Below are positions 12,174 through 24,283 of a stretch of 55,753 nucleotides of DNA, piece by piece; position 1 is the stretch's first letter, and each line of letters begins with the position of its first letter. A model generated the notes under the pieces. The model made no database searches. It was not told the origin of the DNA and worked only from the letters and a program-made list of their open reading frames with translations. Both the position numbers and the translations under genes were made by a program. This DNA is from Bacillales bacterium (GTDB lineage: Bacteria > Bacillota > Bacilli > Bacillales > DSM-4216). The stretch covers positions 1-55,753 of the forward strand of contig JADBKC010000001.1 of the NCBI GenBank assembly GCA_014896555.1. Reading direction: 5' to 3'.

Positions 12174-12941
12174 ATGTTGTTTGATACCCATGTTCATTTA
12201 AACGATGAACAATTTTCCGATGATTTGGACGAGGTGATTGAAAGAGCAAAAGAAGCCGGTGTAGAAAAAATGGTTGTGGTAGGCTTTGACCGACCTACGA
12301 TTGAAAAAGCGATCAAACTAGTAGATCAATACGATTTTCTATACGCCAGTATAGGATGGCACCCGGTGGATGCTATTGATATGACAGAGGATGATTTGAA
12401 ATGGATTGAAACATTGACCTCTCATCCAAAAGTAGTAGCGATAGGGGAAATAGGGTTGGATTATCATTGGGATAAGTCCCCAAAAGAGATACAAAAAGAA
12501 GTGCTTCGCAAACAAATTCGACTAGCCAAAAAAGTAAAATTGCCGATTATTATCCATACTCGAGAAGCGACACAAGATACAATAGAAATTTTGAAAGAAG
12601 AAGGAGCTCATGAAGTTGGGGGAATTATGCACTGCTTCAGCGGTAGCGTCGAAACAGCACGGGAATGTATCAATATGAACTTTTATATCTCTTTAGGCGG
12701 CACGGTAACATTTAAAAATGCGAAAAAGCCAAAGGAAGTGGCCGCTGAAATTCCTTTAGAGAAACTATTAATAGAAACAGATTGCCCTTATCTAGCTCCG
12801 CATCCTTACCGCGGTAAACGAAATGAACCTGCACTTGTGAAACTCGTAGCCGAGCAAATTGCGGAATTAAAGGGAATTTCCTATGAAGAGGTAGCCCGGA
12901 AAACGATGGAAAATGCCCGAAAATTATTCGGCATTGTCTGA
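12174..12941 (+). CDS. tatD: TatD family DNase (YabD)
   Basis: DTHVH, GEIGLDY, IIHTR, HCFSG, ETDCPYL. Confidence 0.95.
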   Translation: MLFDTHVHLNDEQFSDDLDEVIERAKEAGVEKMVVVGFDRPTIEKAIKLVDQYDFLYASIGWHPVDAIDMTEDDLKWIETLTSHPKVVAIGEIGLDYHWDKSPKEIQKEVLRKQIRLAKKVKLPIIIHTREATQDTIEILKEEGAHEVGGIMHCFSGSVETARECINMNFYISLGGTVTFKNAKKPKEVAAEIPLEKLLIETDCPYLAPHPYRGKRNEPALVKLVAEQIAELKGISYEEVARKTMENARKLFGIV

Positions 12942-13154
12942 CGACAAGTTTTGTCGCATTGCTTTACAATTTGTTGTCAACTTTCGCTTTTCTTGAAAGT
13001 TCTACAAGCCTCCTTTCATTCATACACTAAGCCTGTCGATAAGTCTTTCTATCATTTTTTCATATAGCTATGCATAATAGTTGAAAAAAGAGAGAGATGA
13101 CAGAGCAATAGATTCTCTGTTTGAGAAAAGGATGACAAAGGAGGCCTTTTTTGA

Positions 13155-14360
13155 ATGACAGTAAACGAATTCAAACATGACAGTCCAATGTTTAAGTCGA
13201 GAAAAAGCTTTTTGTTGGCAGCTGGGGTAATACTTCTATCATCTACGAGTGCTTATGCTTACTACGAAGGCACAGAGAAAACGGTTGAGGTTAAAATCAA
13301 CAACCGGGAGAAAAAGATCGAAACTAGGGCCGACACCGTAGCAGAGGTGATGAAAGAGTTAAAGCTGCCTGTCAAGCCAAAAGATTATTTATTTCCTTCT
13401 AAAGAGGCAAAAGTAAAAGACGGAATGGATATTGAATGGAGGCCATCCAAGAAGATCCATATCACGGTGGAGGGCAAGAAAAAGGCAGTTTGGACAACAG
13501 CCGATACGGTGAAGGAACTTTTAAAGGAAGAACATTTGTCCATTTCTAAATTTGATAAGGTGGATCCTTCGGTAAATCAAATTCTTCAAAACCATATGGA
13601 TGTCAAAATCAATAAGGCATTCCCGGTGACGTTAGTGGACGGAAACAGGAAAAAAACCGTATGGACTGCTTCGACTACGGTCGGTGACTTTTTAAAACAA
13701 CAGGGAATCACTTTTGGCAAATGGGACAAGGTCGAACCTGAATTCAACGATCACTTGAAAGCAAACAGCTCCGTGAAAATCGTTCGAGTTAAAAAAGTCA
13801 CCGATGTAGTGGAAAAGTCTAAAGCGTTCGCTATCACAATCCAAAAAGATCCCAGTCTTATGGAAGGGGAGAGAAAGGTTCTTCAGGAAGGTCGAAACGG
13901 TACAGTGATCAGCACATATGAGTCTGTCTATGAGAATGGTCGGCTCGTATCGAAAAAACTTTTAGAGGAAAGGACGATAGTGGAAGGTCGAAATAAAATT
14001 ATCGCGGAAGGCATGAAAAAGAGGAATGGGCAATTTTCCGCTGAAACTGCATCGGCAACAAGCAGCAGAGGAAGAGAGCTTTTGGTAACGGCCACTGCTT
14101 ATACCGCCAATTGCAGCGGCTGTTCAGGAATTACTGCGACTGGTATAAAAATACATTCCAATTCAAATATGAGAATCATTGCTGTCGATCCAGGTCTTAT
14201 TCCCCTTGGATCGAGAGTATATGTGGAGGGATACGGATATGCCGTTGCGGCGGATACGGGAGGAGCCATCAAAGGCAACAGGATCGACATTCTTATGCCT
14301 TCCCAATCCGCAGCAGCACAATGGGGACGGAAACAAGTCAAGGTTCAGATTATCGATTGA
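13155..14360 (+). CDS. yabE: YabE cell-wall protein (DUF348 repeats, G5, 3D domain)
   Basis: N-terminal signal/TM segment, repeated T.A.TV...L units, C-terminal ATAY...AVDP..IPLGS...AADTGGAIKGNRID. Confidence 0.9.
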   Translation: MTVNEFKHDSPMFKSRKSFLLAAGVILLSSTSAYAYYEGTEKTVEVKINNREKKIETRADTVAEVMKELKLPVKPKDYLFPSKEAKVKDGMDIEWRPSKKIHITVEGKKKAVWTTADTVKELLKEEHLSISKFDKVDPSVNQILQNHMDVKINKAFPVTLVDGNRKKTVWTASTTVGDFLKQQGITFGKWDKVEPEFNDHLKANSSVKIVRVKKVTDVVEKSKAFAITIQKDPSLMEGERKVLQEGRNGTVISTYESVYENGRLVSKKLLEERTIVEGRNKIIAEGMKKRNGQFSAETASATSSRGRELLVTATAYTANCSGCSGITATGIKIHSNSNMRIIAVDPGLIPLGSRVYVEGYGYAVAADTGGAIKGNRIDILMPSQSAAAQWGRKQVKVQIID

Positions 14361-14564
14361 TACTTATGAAGCGGGGGGAACCTCGCTTTTTCTATTTATA
14401 TAAAATATAATAGACAAGTATTGATCAGAAGATAAAAATGCTCAATCGGTTGGCGGAGATGATTTTTTCAGGAAATTTTACATCTCCGAACTTTGAAAAA
14501 AGTTTGATCGCCTGTTTCATGTGAGCAGGGCGGCAAAATGAGAATCATTTTTTGGAGGAAATGC

Positions 14565-15994
<1,430 letters not shown>

Positions 15995-16125
15995 AAGGAG
16001 AAATTCAAAATAGAACTGGATATACAGTTATATCGAGTCAAGTTAAGCTGAGAAGTCTTCATTCAGGACCAGCCTTTTGATTGGTTAGATAATTTGAAGA
16101 AGAATTTTATGGCAGCCCCATATAC

Positions 16126-16152
16126 ACGCTTCTCTCCGCGATTGCATATGCT
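16126..16152 (+). promoter_or_regulatory. sigma-K promoter of yabG
   Basis: AC-N17-CATATGCT. Confidence 0.55.
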
Positions 16153-16191
16153 GGCAAGGAAATATTTATTTTGTCTGTGGAGATGACGGTT

Positions 16192-17073
16192 ATGGGGATC
16201 AAAATCAACGATATGGTCGGCCGACAGTCTTACAAGTGCGATTTGTTGTTTCGTGTTATCGATTTCACAAATATAAACGGAAAAAAGATGGCGATTTTAT
16301 ACGGAGAGGATTATCGATTAATGGCGGACGCCCCGATAGAAGATTTGATCGTCATCGAACAAAAAGAACAGCTGGAAGCAGCTCGCCAGATAAGAACGTT
16401 GGAAAAACAATCATTTGAGCTTTTTCAAAGAGACCTCCATTTGCTAAAGGAAAGGCAAGAATATGAGGTTACAGGTGGCTACAACGAGGAAGAATCCAAT
16501 ATATTCCAGATACCTGGAAGAGTTTTGCATTTAGATGGAGATCCGGCTTTTTTAAAAAAGTGTCTGTCTGTCTATGAACAATTTGGAGTTCCTGTCAAAG
16601 GCATACATTGCAGCGAGAAAGAAATGCCGGTAAAAGTGTTGGAGCTTTTGGAACGGCATCGACCGGAAATTCTTGTGATTACGGGACATGATTCCTATTC
16701 AAAGTCAAAAGGAAAAAAATCGAATTTAAATGCCTATCGAAATTCCAAATATTTTGTTCAAACCGTAAAGGAAGCGAGAAAAAAAATACCAAGTCTTGAT
16801 CAGTTAATTATTTTTGCAGGTGCTTGCCAATCCCATTTTGAATCATTAATTAGGGCTGGCGCCAATTTTGCCAGTTCGCCGTTTCGTGTCAACATCCATG
16901 CCCTGGATCCTGTATATATTGTAGCGAAAATCAGTTATACGCCTTTTCACCAATCCGTCAATGTGTTAGATGTCCTTAAGAATACATTGACTGGCAATAA
17001 AGGGCTAGGCGGTGTAGAAACAAGGGGAGTTTTAAGGACCGGTATGCCGTATCAATGGAATTTAGATGATTGA
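16192..17073 (+). CDS. yabG: Sporulation-specific protease YabG
   Basis: PGRVLHLDGD, ITGHD, FAGACQS, GANFASSP; start inferred from the GTGGAG RBS. Confidence 0.93.
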   Translation: MGIKINDMVGRQSYKCDLLFRVIDFTNINGKKMAILYGEDYRLMADAPIEDLIVIEQKEQLEAARQIRTLEKQSFELFQRDLHLLKERQEYEVTGGYNEEESNIFQIPGRVLHLDGDPAFLKKCLSVYEQFGVPVKGIHCSEKEMPVKVLELLERHRPEILVITGHDSYSKSKGKKSNLNAYRNSKYFVQTVKEARKKIPSLDQLIIFAGACQSHFESLIRAGANFASSPFRVNIHALDPVYIVAKISYTPFHQSVNVLDVLKNTLTGNKGLGGVETRGVLRTGMPYQWNLDD

Positions 17074-17107
17074 TCTGTAATGAAAGGAGTTTCATTACAG
17101 ATTTTTT
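17073..17107 (+). terminator. yabG terminator
   Basis: ATCTGTAATGAAA-GGAG-TTTCATTACAGAT followed by T run. Confidence 0.8.
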
Positions 17108-17205
17108 ATATTTGAAGAAAAAAGCTAAAACAGTTTACATAAAACAACAGATAGGAGGCATATTAGAAATGTAGAAAAAAGAAAGGTTTTGAAAAAAGAA
17201 AAATA

Positions 17206-17274
17206 TTGACAGTAAGGATTTTCGTTGATAGAATTAATAATTTATTTGACTAGATGTACAAGCTGTGCTATAAT
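17206..17274 (+). promoter_or_regulatory. Tandem sigma-A promoters of veg
   Basis: TTGACA-N17-TAGAAT (17206-17234) and TTGACT-N17-TATAAT with TG extension (17246-17274). Confidence 0.8.
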
Positions 17275-17297
17275 AATGGACAGTGAGGTGGAAGCAA

Positions 17298-17567
17298 ATG
17301 CCGAAAACATTAGCCGACATTAAAAAAGCACTTGATTCCAATCTTGGAAAAAGACTTTTGTTAAGAGCGAATGGCGGTCGGAGAAAGACCATCGAACGAT
17401 CCGGTGTATTAGCTGAAACATATCCAGCTGTATTCGTCGTTGAATTGGATCAAGACGAAAACTCTTTTGAAAGAGTGTCATACAGCTATGCGGATGTGTT
17501 GACAGAAACAGTGGAATTAAAATTTTATGAAGATTCAACAGGGAATATGGCATTAGGTCAGCAGTAG
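17298..17567 (+). CDS. veg: Veg protein
   Basis: MPKTLADIK...ANGGRRK...TYPAVF...[14 protein letters not shown]. Confidence 0.96.
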   Translation: MPKTLADIKKALDSNLGKRLLLRANGGRRKTIERSGVLAETYPAVFVVELDQDENSFERVSYSYADVLTETVELKFYEDSTGNMALGQQ

Positions 17568-17655
17568 ACATCATGTTTGCTGCTTTTTGTTTTCCAATAT
17601 TGGCGCAAGCCCCCTGTTATAAATAAAGTGCCTTGAAACAAACTATATATGCGGC

Positions 17656-17776
17656 AAAGCTACAACTTCCATCAGCAGAGCAGAGAGATTTTCTTTATGG
17701 CTGATGAGGTGAACCAATCTTGCTTTTTCGAGCTGTTTTCTCTGTATAGATTAGCGGCCCGTTAAAGCGAGATAAA
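17656..17776 (-). repeat. Degenerate bcr1-like repeat upstream of sspF
   Basis: Three ordered blocks AACTTCCATCAG ... TGAACCAATCTTGCTTTTTCGAGCTGTT ... GCCCGTTAAAGCGAGATAAA follow the reverse complement of bcr1 as I recall it (..TGAACCAATCGGGCTTTTACGGGCAGTT..GCCCGTTAATGCGGGATAAA). Confidence 0.65.
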
Positions 17777-17790
17777 AGGGGGATGCTTAT

Positions 17791-17976
17791 ATGGGCAAAA
17801 GACGAGGAGTTATGTCCGATCGTTTCAAAGAAGAACTTGCCAAAGAACTTGGTTTTTATGATGTCGTCCAACGTGATGGTTGGGGCGGCATAACGGCAAG
17901 AGACGCAGGAAACATGGTCAAACGAGCTATCGAAATGGCCGAAAATCAGCTCACCTATAAGCAACATTCTAAATAA
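17791..17976 (+). CDS. sspF: Small acid-soluble spore protein SspF
   Basis: [42 protein letters not shown]. Confidence 0.95.
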   Translation: MGKRRGVMSDRFKEELAKELGFYDVVQRDGWGGITARDAGNMVKRAIEMAENQLTYKQHSK

Positions 17977-17983
17977 AAGCCGC

Positions 17984-18017
17984 ACAAAAGCCGGGGATTT
18001 GATTTCCCGGCTTTTGT
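17984..18017 (+). terminator. sspF terminator
   Basis: ACAAAAGCCGGG...CCCGGCTTTTGT inverted repeat. Confidence 0.75.
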
Positions 18018-18688
18018 TGTATATAAACTGATCCGATTTTAATCCTCGACTGTGTCCTCTATTTTTTGCGCTATCCGAATTTATCATTTCAAAATGGAAA
18101 AGTCCAAGACCAATAAAACTTCGTTTAAGCAATAACCATTGTTTACTGATTTTCTATACAAGAAAAGTAAAAGACAATGAAATGAGATCGACTTTTTTTA
18201 TCTAAACCTTGTTTTGTGTCCAAGTGAGGCGACTCTTTTGCATTGAATATAACTGACCATGTTTTTAGACTATACATGATGGATGTTTACAAAAATACGA
18301 TCATTCCTGTTTTTATAGTACAATTGGCGCGTTTGTTTAAAAGCTTCTCACTTATGATTCAGGCAGGTGGTATGTTTGCGAAACTGGTCTTTTCATTGGA
18401 TTTTGAAAATGGTAAAATAACATACTTGAATGGCTATAATGTGAATGAATACATACATTTCTATAGCAATGTTTTCTTTTTCCTTATGCCGATCGAAAGA
18501 AAAAGACAGCAGGGAATGTTAGCAAATGGTTGACAGATTCAACGAAAGAATGTTTGGAATGAAGATCAGACACATGAATGGGTGTTTCGCTTCAATCTCC
18601 AAGTACCTCTCAATTTCAGACAGCCTAGGGACAGTTTCCAATGAATATCAAACCATCATTCTTCGGTTCAAATAGAGTAGGTGAATAA

Positions 18689-19558
18689 ATGAAATTGCAT
18701 GTAAAAGCACCGGCGAAAATCAATTTATCTTTAGATGTACTTTATAAGAGGCCTGATGGCTATCATGAAGTGGAAATGGTGATGACGACCATTGATTTGG
18801 CAGATCGTATAGAATTAAAAGAACTGCGACAAGATGAAATTAAAATTGACTCTCATAACCGTTTCGTCCCCGATGATCACCGCAACTTGGCGTTTCAAGC
18901 GGCGAAGTTGTTAAAAGAAACGTATCAAATCAAAAAAGGTGTCTCCATTTCCATTGATAAAACGATTCCAGTAGCAGCCGGTCTTGCGGGAGGAAGCAGT
19001 GATGCTGCAGCTGTGCTTAGGGGCCTTAACCAAATGTGGCAATTAGGTCTCTCTCTAGAGGAACTGGCTGCCCTTGGTTCTCAAATTGGATCGGATGTTT
19101 CTTTTTGTGTTTTTGGAGGAACGGCGCTTGCAACTGGGAGAGGGGAAAAAATCACCCCGCTGCCAACACCGCCGAATTGCTGGGTGGTCTTAGCCAAACC
19201 CCAAATAGGTGTTTCTACTGGAGAAGTGTATCGGAATTTGAAATTGGAAGAAGTTCAGCATCCGAATACACAAGCAATGATTGAAGCGATTGTAGAGCAA
19301 AATTATGAAAAAATGTGCCAAAATGTAGGGAATGTATTGGAAAGTGTCACTTTAAAAATGCATAGGGAAGTGGCACAAATCAAAGAACAAATGGTTCGAT
19401 CTGGAGCGGATGCTGTATTAATGAGCGGAAGCGGGCCCACTGTTTTTGCTCTCGTGCAGCATGATTCACGAATGAATCGGATTTACAATGGGTTAAGAGG
19501 ATTCTGCGGCCAAGTATTTGCGGTTAGAATGCTGGGCAGACCGTTGGCCATTGTGTAA
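18689..19558 (+). CDS. ispE: 4-diphosphocytidyl-2-C-methyl-D-erythritol kinase
   Basis: [26 protein letters not shown] motif, MSGSGPTVF. Confidence 0.97.
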   Translation: MKLHVKAPAKINLSLDVLYKRPDGYHEVEMVMTTIDLADRIELKELRQDEIKIDSHNRFVPDDHRNLAFQAAKLLKETYQIKKGVSISIDKTIPVAAGLAGGSSDAAAVLRGLNQMWQLGLSLEELAALGSQIGSDVSFCVFGGTALATGRGEKITPLPTPPNCWVVLAKPQIGVSTGEVYRNLKLEEVQHPNTQAMIEAIVEQNYEKMCQNVGNVLESVTLKMHREVAQIKEQMVRSGADAVLMSGSGPTVFALVQHDSRMNRIYNGLRGFCGQVFAVRMLGRPLAIV

Positions 19559-19600
19559 AACCGTATATTAATGTATATTTAAAAGAAAATATTCGGTTTT
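19557..19600. promoter_or_regulatory. Pair of inverted PurBoxes (PurR autoregulation)
   Basis: AAAACCGTATATTA (19557-19570) and inverted AAAACCGAATATTT (19587-19600), 16 bp apart, fit AWWWCCGAACWWT. Confidence 0.75.
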
Positions 19601-19619
19601 AAGGAGGCGCGGTGATTAC

Positions 19620-20453
19620 ATGAAATTTCGTAGAAGTGAACGGCTCATTGATATGACTTATTATTTATTAGAACATCCCCGCGAGCTAGTATCTTTAACT
19701 TTTTTTTCGGAAAGGTACGGTTCCGCCAAATCCTCGATAAGTGAGGATCTAGGCATATTAAAAGAAACGCTGGAGCAAAGAGGAATGGGCACTTTACAGA
19801 CCATTCCTGGCGCTGCGGGAGGGGTCAAGTTTTTTTCCAAAGTGAAAGAAGAGGATGCAAGGGCATTTATTAAAGAACTGTGTAAGCAGCTAGAAAAACC
19901 AGAGAGGCTTCTTCCCGGTGGATACTTATTTATGACAGACCTCATTGGAAACCCGCAAATCATACACAAAATTGGAAAACTACTAGGATCCGCGTTTTCT
20001 GAACTCGAAATAGATGTGATCATGACGGTGGCCACGAAAGGCATTCCGATCGCCTACGCTACAGCTGCCCATTTAAATGTGCCGGTGGTCATCGTCAGAA
20101 GTGACAGTAAAGTGACAGAGGGACCCACTGTAAGCATCAATTATGTTTCCGGTTCAACAAAAAGGATACAAACGATGGTGTTGTCAAAACGAAGCTTAAA
20201 AGAAGGATCAAGAGTGTTGATCGTGGATGACTTTATGAAGGCTGGCGGAACGATCAATGGTATGAAAAGCATGCTGGCTGAGTTTAATGCCGAAGTGGCA
20301 GGCATCGCCGTTTTGGTTGAGTCTGAACATGCAGAGGAACGATTGGTGGAAGATTATATTTCGCTTGTAAAATTGCGGGATGTTGATGTGAAAAAGCAGG
20401 AAATCAAGGTAGATGAGGGGAATTATTTTACTAAAAATATTCATTTTATATAA
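19620..20453 (+). CDS. purR: Pur operon repressor PurR
   Basis: [27 protein letters not shown] motif [13 protein letters not shown]. Confidence 0.97.
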   Translation: MKFRRSERLIDMTYYLLEHPRELVSLTFFSERYGSAKSSISEDLGILKETLEQRGMGTLQTIPGAAGGVKFFSKVKEEDARAFIKELCKQLEKPERLLPGGYLFMTDLIGNPQIIHKIGKLLGSAFSELEIDVIMTVATKGIPIAYATAAHLNVPVVIVRSDSKVTEGPTVSINYVSGSTKRIQTMVLSKRSLKEGSRVLIVDDFMKAGGTINGMKSMLAEFNAEVAGIAVLVESEHAEERLVEDYISLVKLRDVDVKKQEIKVDEGNYFTKNIHFI

Positions 20454-20467
20454 GGAGAGAAACAAGT

Positions 20468-20842
20468 ATGAAACAAGTTGCTACAAAGAACGCCCCTGCT
20501 GCAATCGGCCCTTATTCCCAAGGAATCATTGTCAATAATCTCTTTTTCAGCTCAGGTCAGATTCCGCTGACACCCGAGGGAGTATTGGTGGAAGGAAGCA
20601 TCGAGGAACAGACGAGACAAGTGTTCCGCAATCTGGAAGCTGTATTGAAGGAGGCGGGAGCATCGCTGGAAACGGTTGTAAAAGCAACTGTATTTTTAAA
20701 GGATATGAACGACTTTTCTGTTGTCAATGACATTTATGCAGAGTTTTTCGGAAACCATAAACCAGCTCGTTCTTGTGTCGAAGTAGCACGGCTGCCAAAA
20801 GACGCAAAAATTGAAATAGAAGTTGTTGCACTCGTGAAATAA
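20468..20842 (+). CDS. ridA: RidA/YabJ reactive-intermediate deaminase
   Basis: [27 protein letters not shown]...EIE. Confidence 0.95.
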   Translation: MKQVATKNAPAAIGPYSQGIIVNNLFFSSGQIPLTPEGVLVEGSIEEQTRQVFRNLEAVLKEAGASLETVVKATVFLKDMNDFSVVNDIYAEFFGNHKPARSCVEVARLPKDAKIEIEVVALVK

Positions 20843-20848
20843 TGATAG

Positions 20849-20883
20849 AAAAAAAGCTGTCGACACAGTCGGCGGCTTTTTTT
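20849..20883 (+). terminator. purR-ridA terminator
   Basis: AAAAAAAGCTGTCGAC-ACA-GTCGGCGGCTTTTTTT. Confidence 0.75.
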
Positions 20884-21083
20884 ATTCATTGGACTCTCTT
20901 TACAAAACTATTCTGCCTCTTTGATAGGGAGAAAGAGGTATGTCGACCAATGATCTCAATTTCTTTTTGACCTGCGGTTATCAAGGTTAAAATTACAATC
21001 TTTTGCGAGCACGGATCATTTTGAAGGTTGGTAGCCAAAAAGGAGCGACTACTAAAAATTTTTAAAAAATTTTCCTTTTAAAA

Positions 21084-21110
21084 GAAGGAAAATTAGAAAT
21101 ACTGTTGAAT
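21084..21110 (+). promoter_or_regulatory. sigma-H promoter of spoVG with upstream AT tract
   Basis: GAAGGAAAA-N11-GTTGAAT fits RNAGGAWWW-N11-12-RNNGAAT; A/T tracts upstream. Confidence 0.75.
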
Positions 21111-21150
21111 ATATTTATTAGATTTTCACAAAGGAAGGGTGGTGAACAGA

Positions 21151-21444
21151 GTGGAAGTAACAGATGTAAGACTCCGCCGTGTCAATACAGACGGTCGTAT
21201 GAGGGCAATCGCTTCCATCACTCTGGACAACGAATTTGTTATTCATGATATTCGTGTAATTGATGGCAATAATGGCTTATTTGTCGCCATGCCGAGCAAA
21301 CGGACACCAGATGGTGAGTTCCGTGATATTGCCCATCCAATTAATTCCAATACTCGCGGGAAAATTCAAGACGCAGTATTGAGCGAATATCATCGTTTAG
21401 GAGAATTAGAAGAAATAGAATTAGAAGAAGCTGGAGCTTCCTAA
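21151..21444 (+). CDS. spoVG: Septation/sporulation regulator SpoVG
   Basis: [11 protein letters not shown]...[21 protein letters not shown]. Confidence 0.97.
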   Translation: MEVTDVRLRRVNTDGRMRAIASITLDNEFVIHDIRVIDGNNGLFVAMPSKRTPDGEFRDIAHPINSNTRGKIQDAVLSEYHRLGELEEIELEEAGAS

Positions 21445-21625
21445 TCACATATGAAACAGCATGAGCCTACTTCATAAGTAAGGCTCTTTTTTTGCGCTTC
21501 TACCCCATCATTTCCCTTTCCTCGTTTCCCCTCTCCTGAATCTTAAGTTTCCCAAGCAACCTTGAAAAGATTGTGTATTTAGGATATCATTCAATATGGA
21601 TAAAAAGGTTATTGGGGGACCCTGT

Positions 21626-22999
21626 ATGACAAATATATATGCCATTGTTTTGGCTGCCGGCCAAGGCACAAGAATGAAATCTAAGCTTTATAAAGTATTG
21701 CATCCTGTTTGCGGCAAACCAATGGTAGAGCATGTAATCGATCAAGTTTTGACATTGAATACAGATAAGATCGTCACCATTGTCGGCCACGGCGCGGAAG
21801 CAGTAAAAGCGCAGTTGAATGGAAAAACCGAGTTTGCGGTACAGGAAAAACAATTAGGTACAGCTCATGCCGTTATGCAAGCGGAAGGGCTTTTAGGTGA
21901 TAAAGATGGAATGACACTCGTAATCTGCGGTGATACGCCGCTTATTCAGGCTGATACAATGAAAGCGCTTATTCAACACCATCAACAGCAACAATCAAGC
22001 GCTACAATCTTAACGGTTCATATGGATCAGCCGGATGGATACGGCAGGATAATCCGCAATCAGGAAGGATTAGTGGAACGGATTGTTGAACATAAAGACG
22101 CAACGGAAGAAGAGAGAAAAGTAAAAGAAATTAATACAGGCACTTACTGCTTTGATAATAAAGCTCTTTTTGAAGCGTTAAAGAAAGTAAACAATGATAA
22201 TGCTCAAGGAGAATATTATTTGCCTGATGTCATTGAAATTATGAAATCAGAAGGGAAAACCGTTGCCGCTTATCAAACCGATGATTTTGAAGAAACCCTT
22301 GGAGTCAATGACCGAGCTGCTTTGAGCCAAGCAGAGAAAATTATGAGAAGAAGAATCAACCTTCGTCATATGAAAAATGGCGTCACTATCGTTGATCCGG
22401 ACCATACCTATATCGAAAAGGATGTAGTGATCGGACAAGATTCGATCATTTACCCAAGCACCATGATCACTGGTAACACCGTCATTGGAGAAGATTGTGA
22501 AATTGGGCCCAATAGTGAGATAAAAGATTGCACCGTTGGGGATCGGACATTGATTCGCCAATCGGTTGCATACAATAGTGCCATTGGCAGTGATGTGAAG
22601 ATCGGCCCATTCGCACATATCCGTCCTGATTCCAAAATTGAAGATGAAGCAAAGATCGGGAATTTTGTTGAAATTAAAAAGACGGTATTTGGCCGCGGAA
22701 GCAAAGCTTCTCATTTAAGTTATATAGGAGATGCAGAAGTCGGCAAAGGTGTGAACATCGGCTGCGGCTCCATTACAGTCAATTATGATGGTAAGAATAA
22801 ATATAGGACGAAAATTGAGGACGGGGTTTTTGTCGGCTGCAACTCTAATCTTGTTGCTCCTGTGACAATCAGAAAAGGCGCCTATATAGCTGCAGGCTCC
22901 ACGATTACAGAAGATGTCCCTGGGGATGCTTTAGCGATAGCGCGCGCCCGCCAAATTAATAAGGATGGCTATGTTCAAAAATTAAATCATAACAAATAA
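21626..22999 (+). CDS. glmU: Bifunctional GlcNAc-1-P uridyltransferase / GlcN-1-P acetyltransferase
   Basis: [11 protein letters not shown], hexapeptide repeats, [12 protein letters not shown]. Confidence 0.97.
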   Translation: MTNIYAIVLAAGQGTRMKSKLYKVLHPVCGKPMVEHVIDQVLTLNTDKIVTIVGHGAEAVKAQLNGKTEFAVQEKQLGTAHAVMQAEGLLGDKDGMTLVICGDTPLIQADTMKALIQHHQQQQSSATILTVHMDQPDGYGRIIRNQEGLVERIVEHKDATEEERKVKEINTGTYCFDNKALFEALKKVNNDNAQGEYYLPDVIEIMKSEGKTVAAYQTDDFEETLGVNDRAALSQAEKIMRRRINLRHMKNGVTIVDPDHTYIEKDVVIGQDSIIYPSTMITGNTVIGEDCEIGPNSEIKDCTVGDRTLIRQSVAYNSAIGSDVKIGPFAHIRPDSKIEDEAKIGNFVEIKKTVFGRGSKASHLSYIGDAEVGKGVNIGCGSITVNYDGKNKYRTKIEDGVFVGCNSNLVAPVTIRKGAYIAAGSTITEDVPGDALAIARARQINKDGYVQKLNHNK

Positions 23000-23014
23000 T
23001 TTCGGAGGTCCATC

Positions 23015-23971
23015 ATGTGCAACCAGTATTTAGATCCAAACTTGAAAATCTTTGCCCTCAATTCCAACAGGGTATTGGCAGAAGAAATTGCCAATTTTGT
23101 CGGAGTGGAGCTTGGGAAATGTTCTGTCAACCGTTTCAGCGATGGAGAAATCCAAATTAACATTGAGGAAAGTATTCGTGGATGCGATGTATATGTCATT
23201 CAGTCAACCAGTTCTCCAGTAAATGAAAATCTAATGGAACTGTTAATTATGATCGATGCCTTAAAGCGGGCTTCTGCCAGAACGGTGAATCTTGTGATTC
23301 CTTATTACGGTTATGCAAGACAAGATCGAAAAGCGCGCTCCCGCGAACCGATTACAGCGAAATTAGTGGCAAACTTGTTGGAAAAGGCCGGTGCGACCCG
23401 TGTCATCACATTGGATTTGCACGCCCCACAAATTCAAGGATTCTTTGACATTCCGATTGATCACTTAATGGGGGTTAAAATATTAGCAGATTATTTCAAA
23501 AAGAAACAGTTTGAGGACGAGATTGTTATCGTGTCGCCTGACCATGGCGGTGTTACACGCGCTCGAAAAATGGCGGAACGCATGAAAGCGCCGATTGCCA
23601 TTATTGACAAACGTCGTCCAAGACCGAATGTCGCTGAAGTCATGAACATCGTTGGTAACATCGAAGGGAAAATTGCTATTTTAATAGATGATATCATTGA
23701 TACAGCGGGCACTATTACATTAGGAGCAAACGCCCTTGTAGAAAACGGAGCTAAAGAAGTGTACGCATGCTGTACACATCCCGTATTATCAGGACCGGCT
23801 ATTGATCGAATTCAAAATTCCAATATTCGAGAGCTTGTTGTGACAAACTCTATTGCCCTTCCTGAGGAAAAGAAAATCGAAAAAATTGTGGAACTTTCCA
23901 TTGCACCATTAATGGGTGAAGCCATTATTCGTGTTCATGAAGACCAATCCGTCAGCATGCTGTTTGACTAA
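23015..23971 (+). CDS. prs: Ribose-phosphate pyrophosphokinase
   Basis: [32 protein letters not shown]. Confidence 0.98.
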   Translation: MCNQYLDPNLKIFALNSNRVLAEEIANFVGVELGKCSVNRFSDGEIQINIEESIRGCDVYVIQSTSSPVNENLMELLIMIDALKRASARTVNLVIPYYGYARQDRKARSREPITAKLVANLLEKAGATRVITLDLHAPQIQGFFDIPIDHLMGVKILADYFKKKQFEDEIVIVSPDHGGVTRARKMAERMKAPIAIIDKRRPRPNVAEVMNIVGNIEGKIAILIDDIIDTAGTITLGANALVENGAKEVYACCTHPVLSGPAIDRIQNSNIRELVVTNSIALPEEKKIEKIVELSIAPLMGEAIIRVHEDQSVSMLFD

Positions 23972-24283
23972 TCATCGATCTGTCTTGCGGAGGGTATGGA
24001 TGTCATAAATGAGGAGCAAATGATTTTGGAATGCGTTCGAAAAAGAGGTTCATAATGGGCGGCATTCTATGCGGCGATATAGATACTGTCCGAGTCGCCT
24101 GTTCAAGTCGACACGAAGCTGGATTTTAGGCATTCGGCTCCGTGCTTTTCCACTAGCTACAAAGCCGGCAGACTACCGTCTTTCTTGTTTTTCATGTAAT
24201 GACCATGTTTAAAGATTGCCTATTTAGGCAATTCATATAAAAGGGTTTTTACATTAAAAAATTGGAACGGGAGGATGTCTAAT

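Noticed and set aside
14400-14540. ECF-sigma antisense promoter for yabE, as described in B. subtilis
   Set aside because: TGAAAC is present on the minus strand but has no correctly spaced CGwC -10 element
17695-18132. 145-aa minus-strand ORF
   Set aside because: Antisense to sspF and spans its terminator and the repeat element
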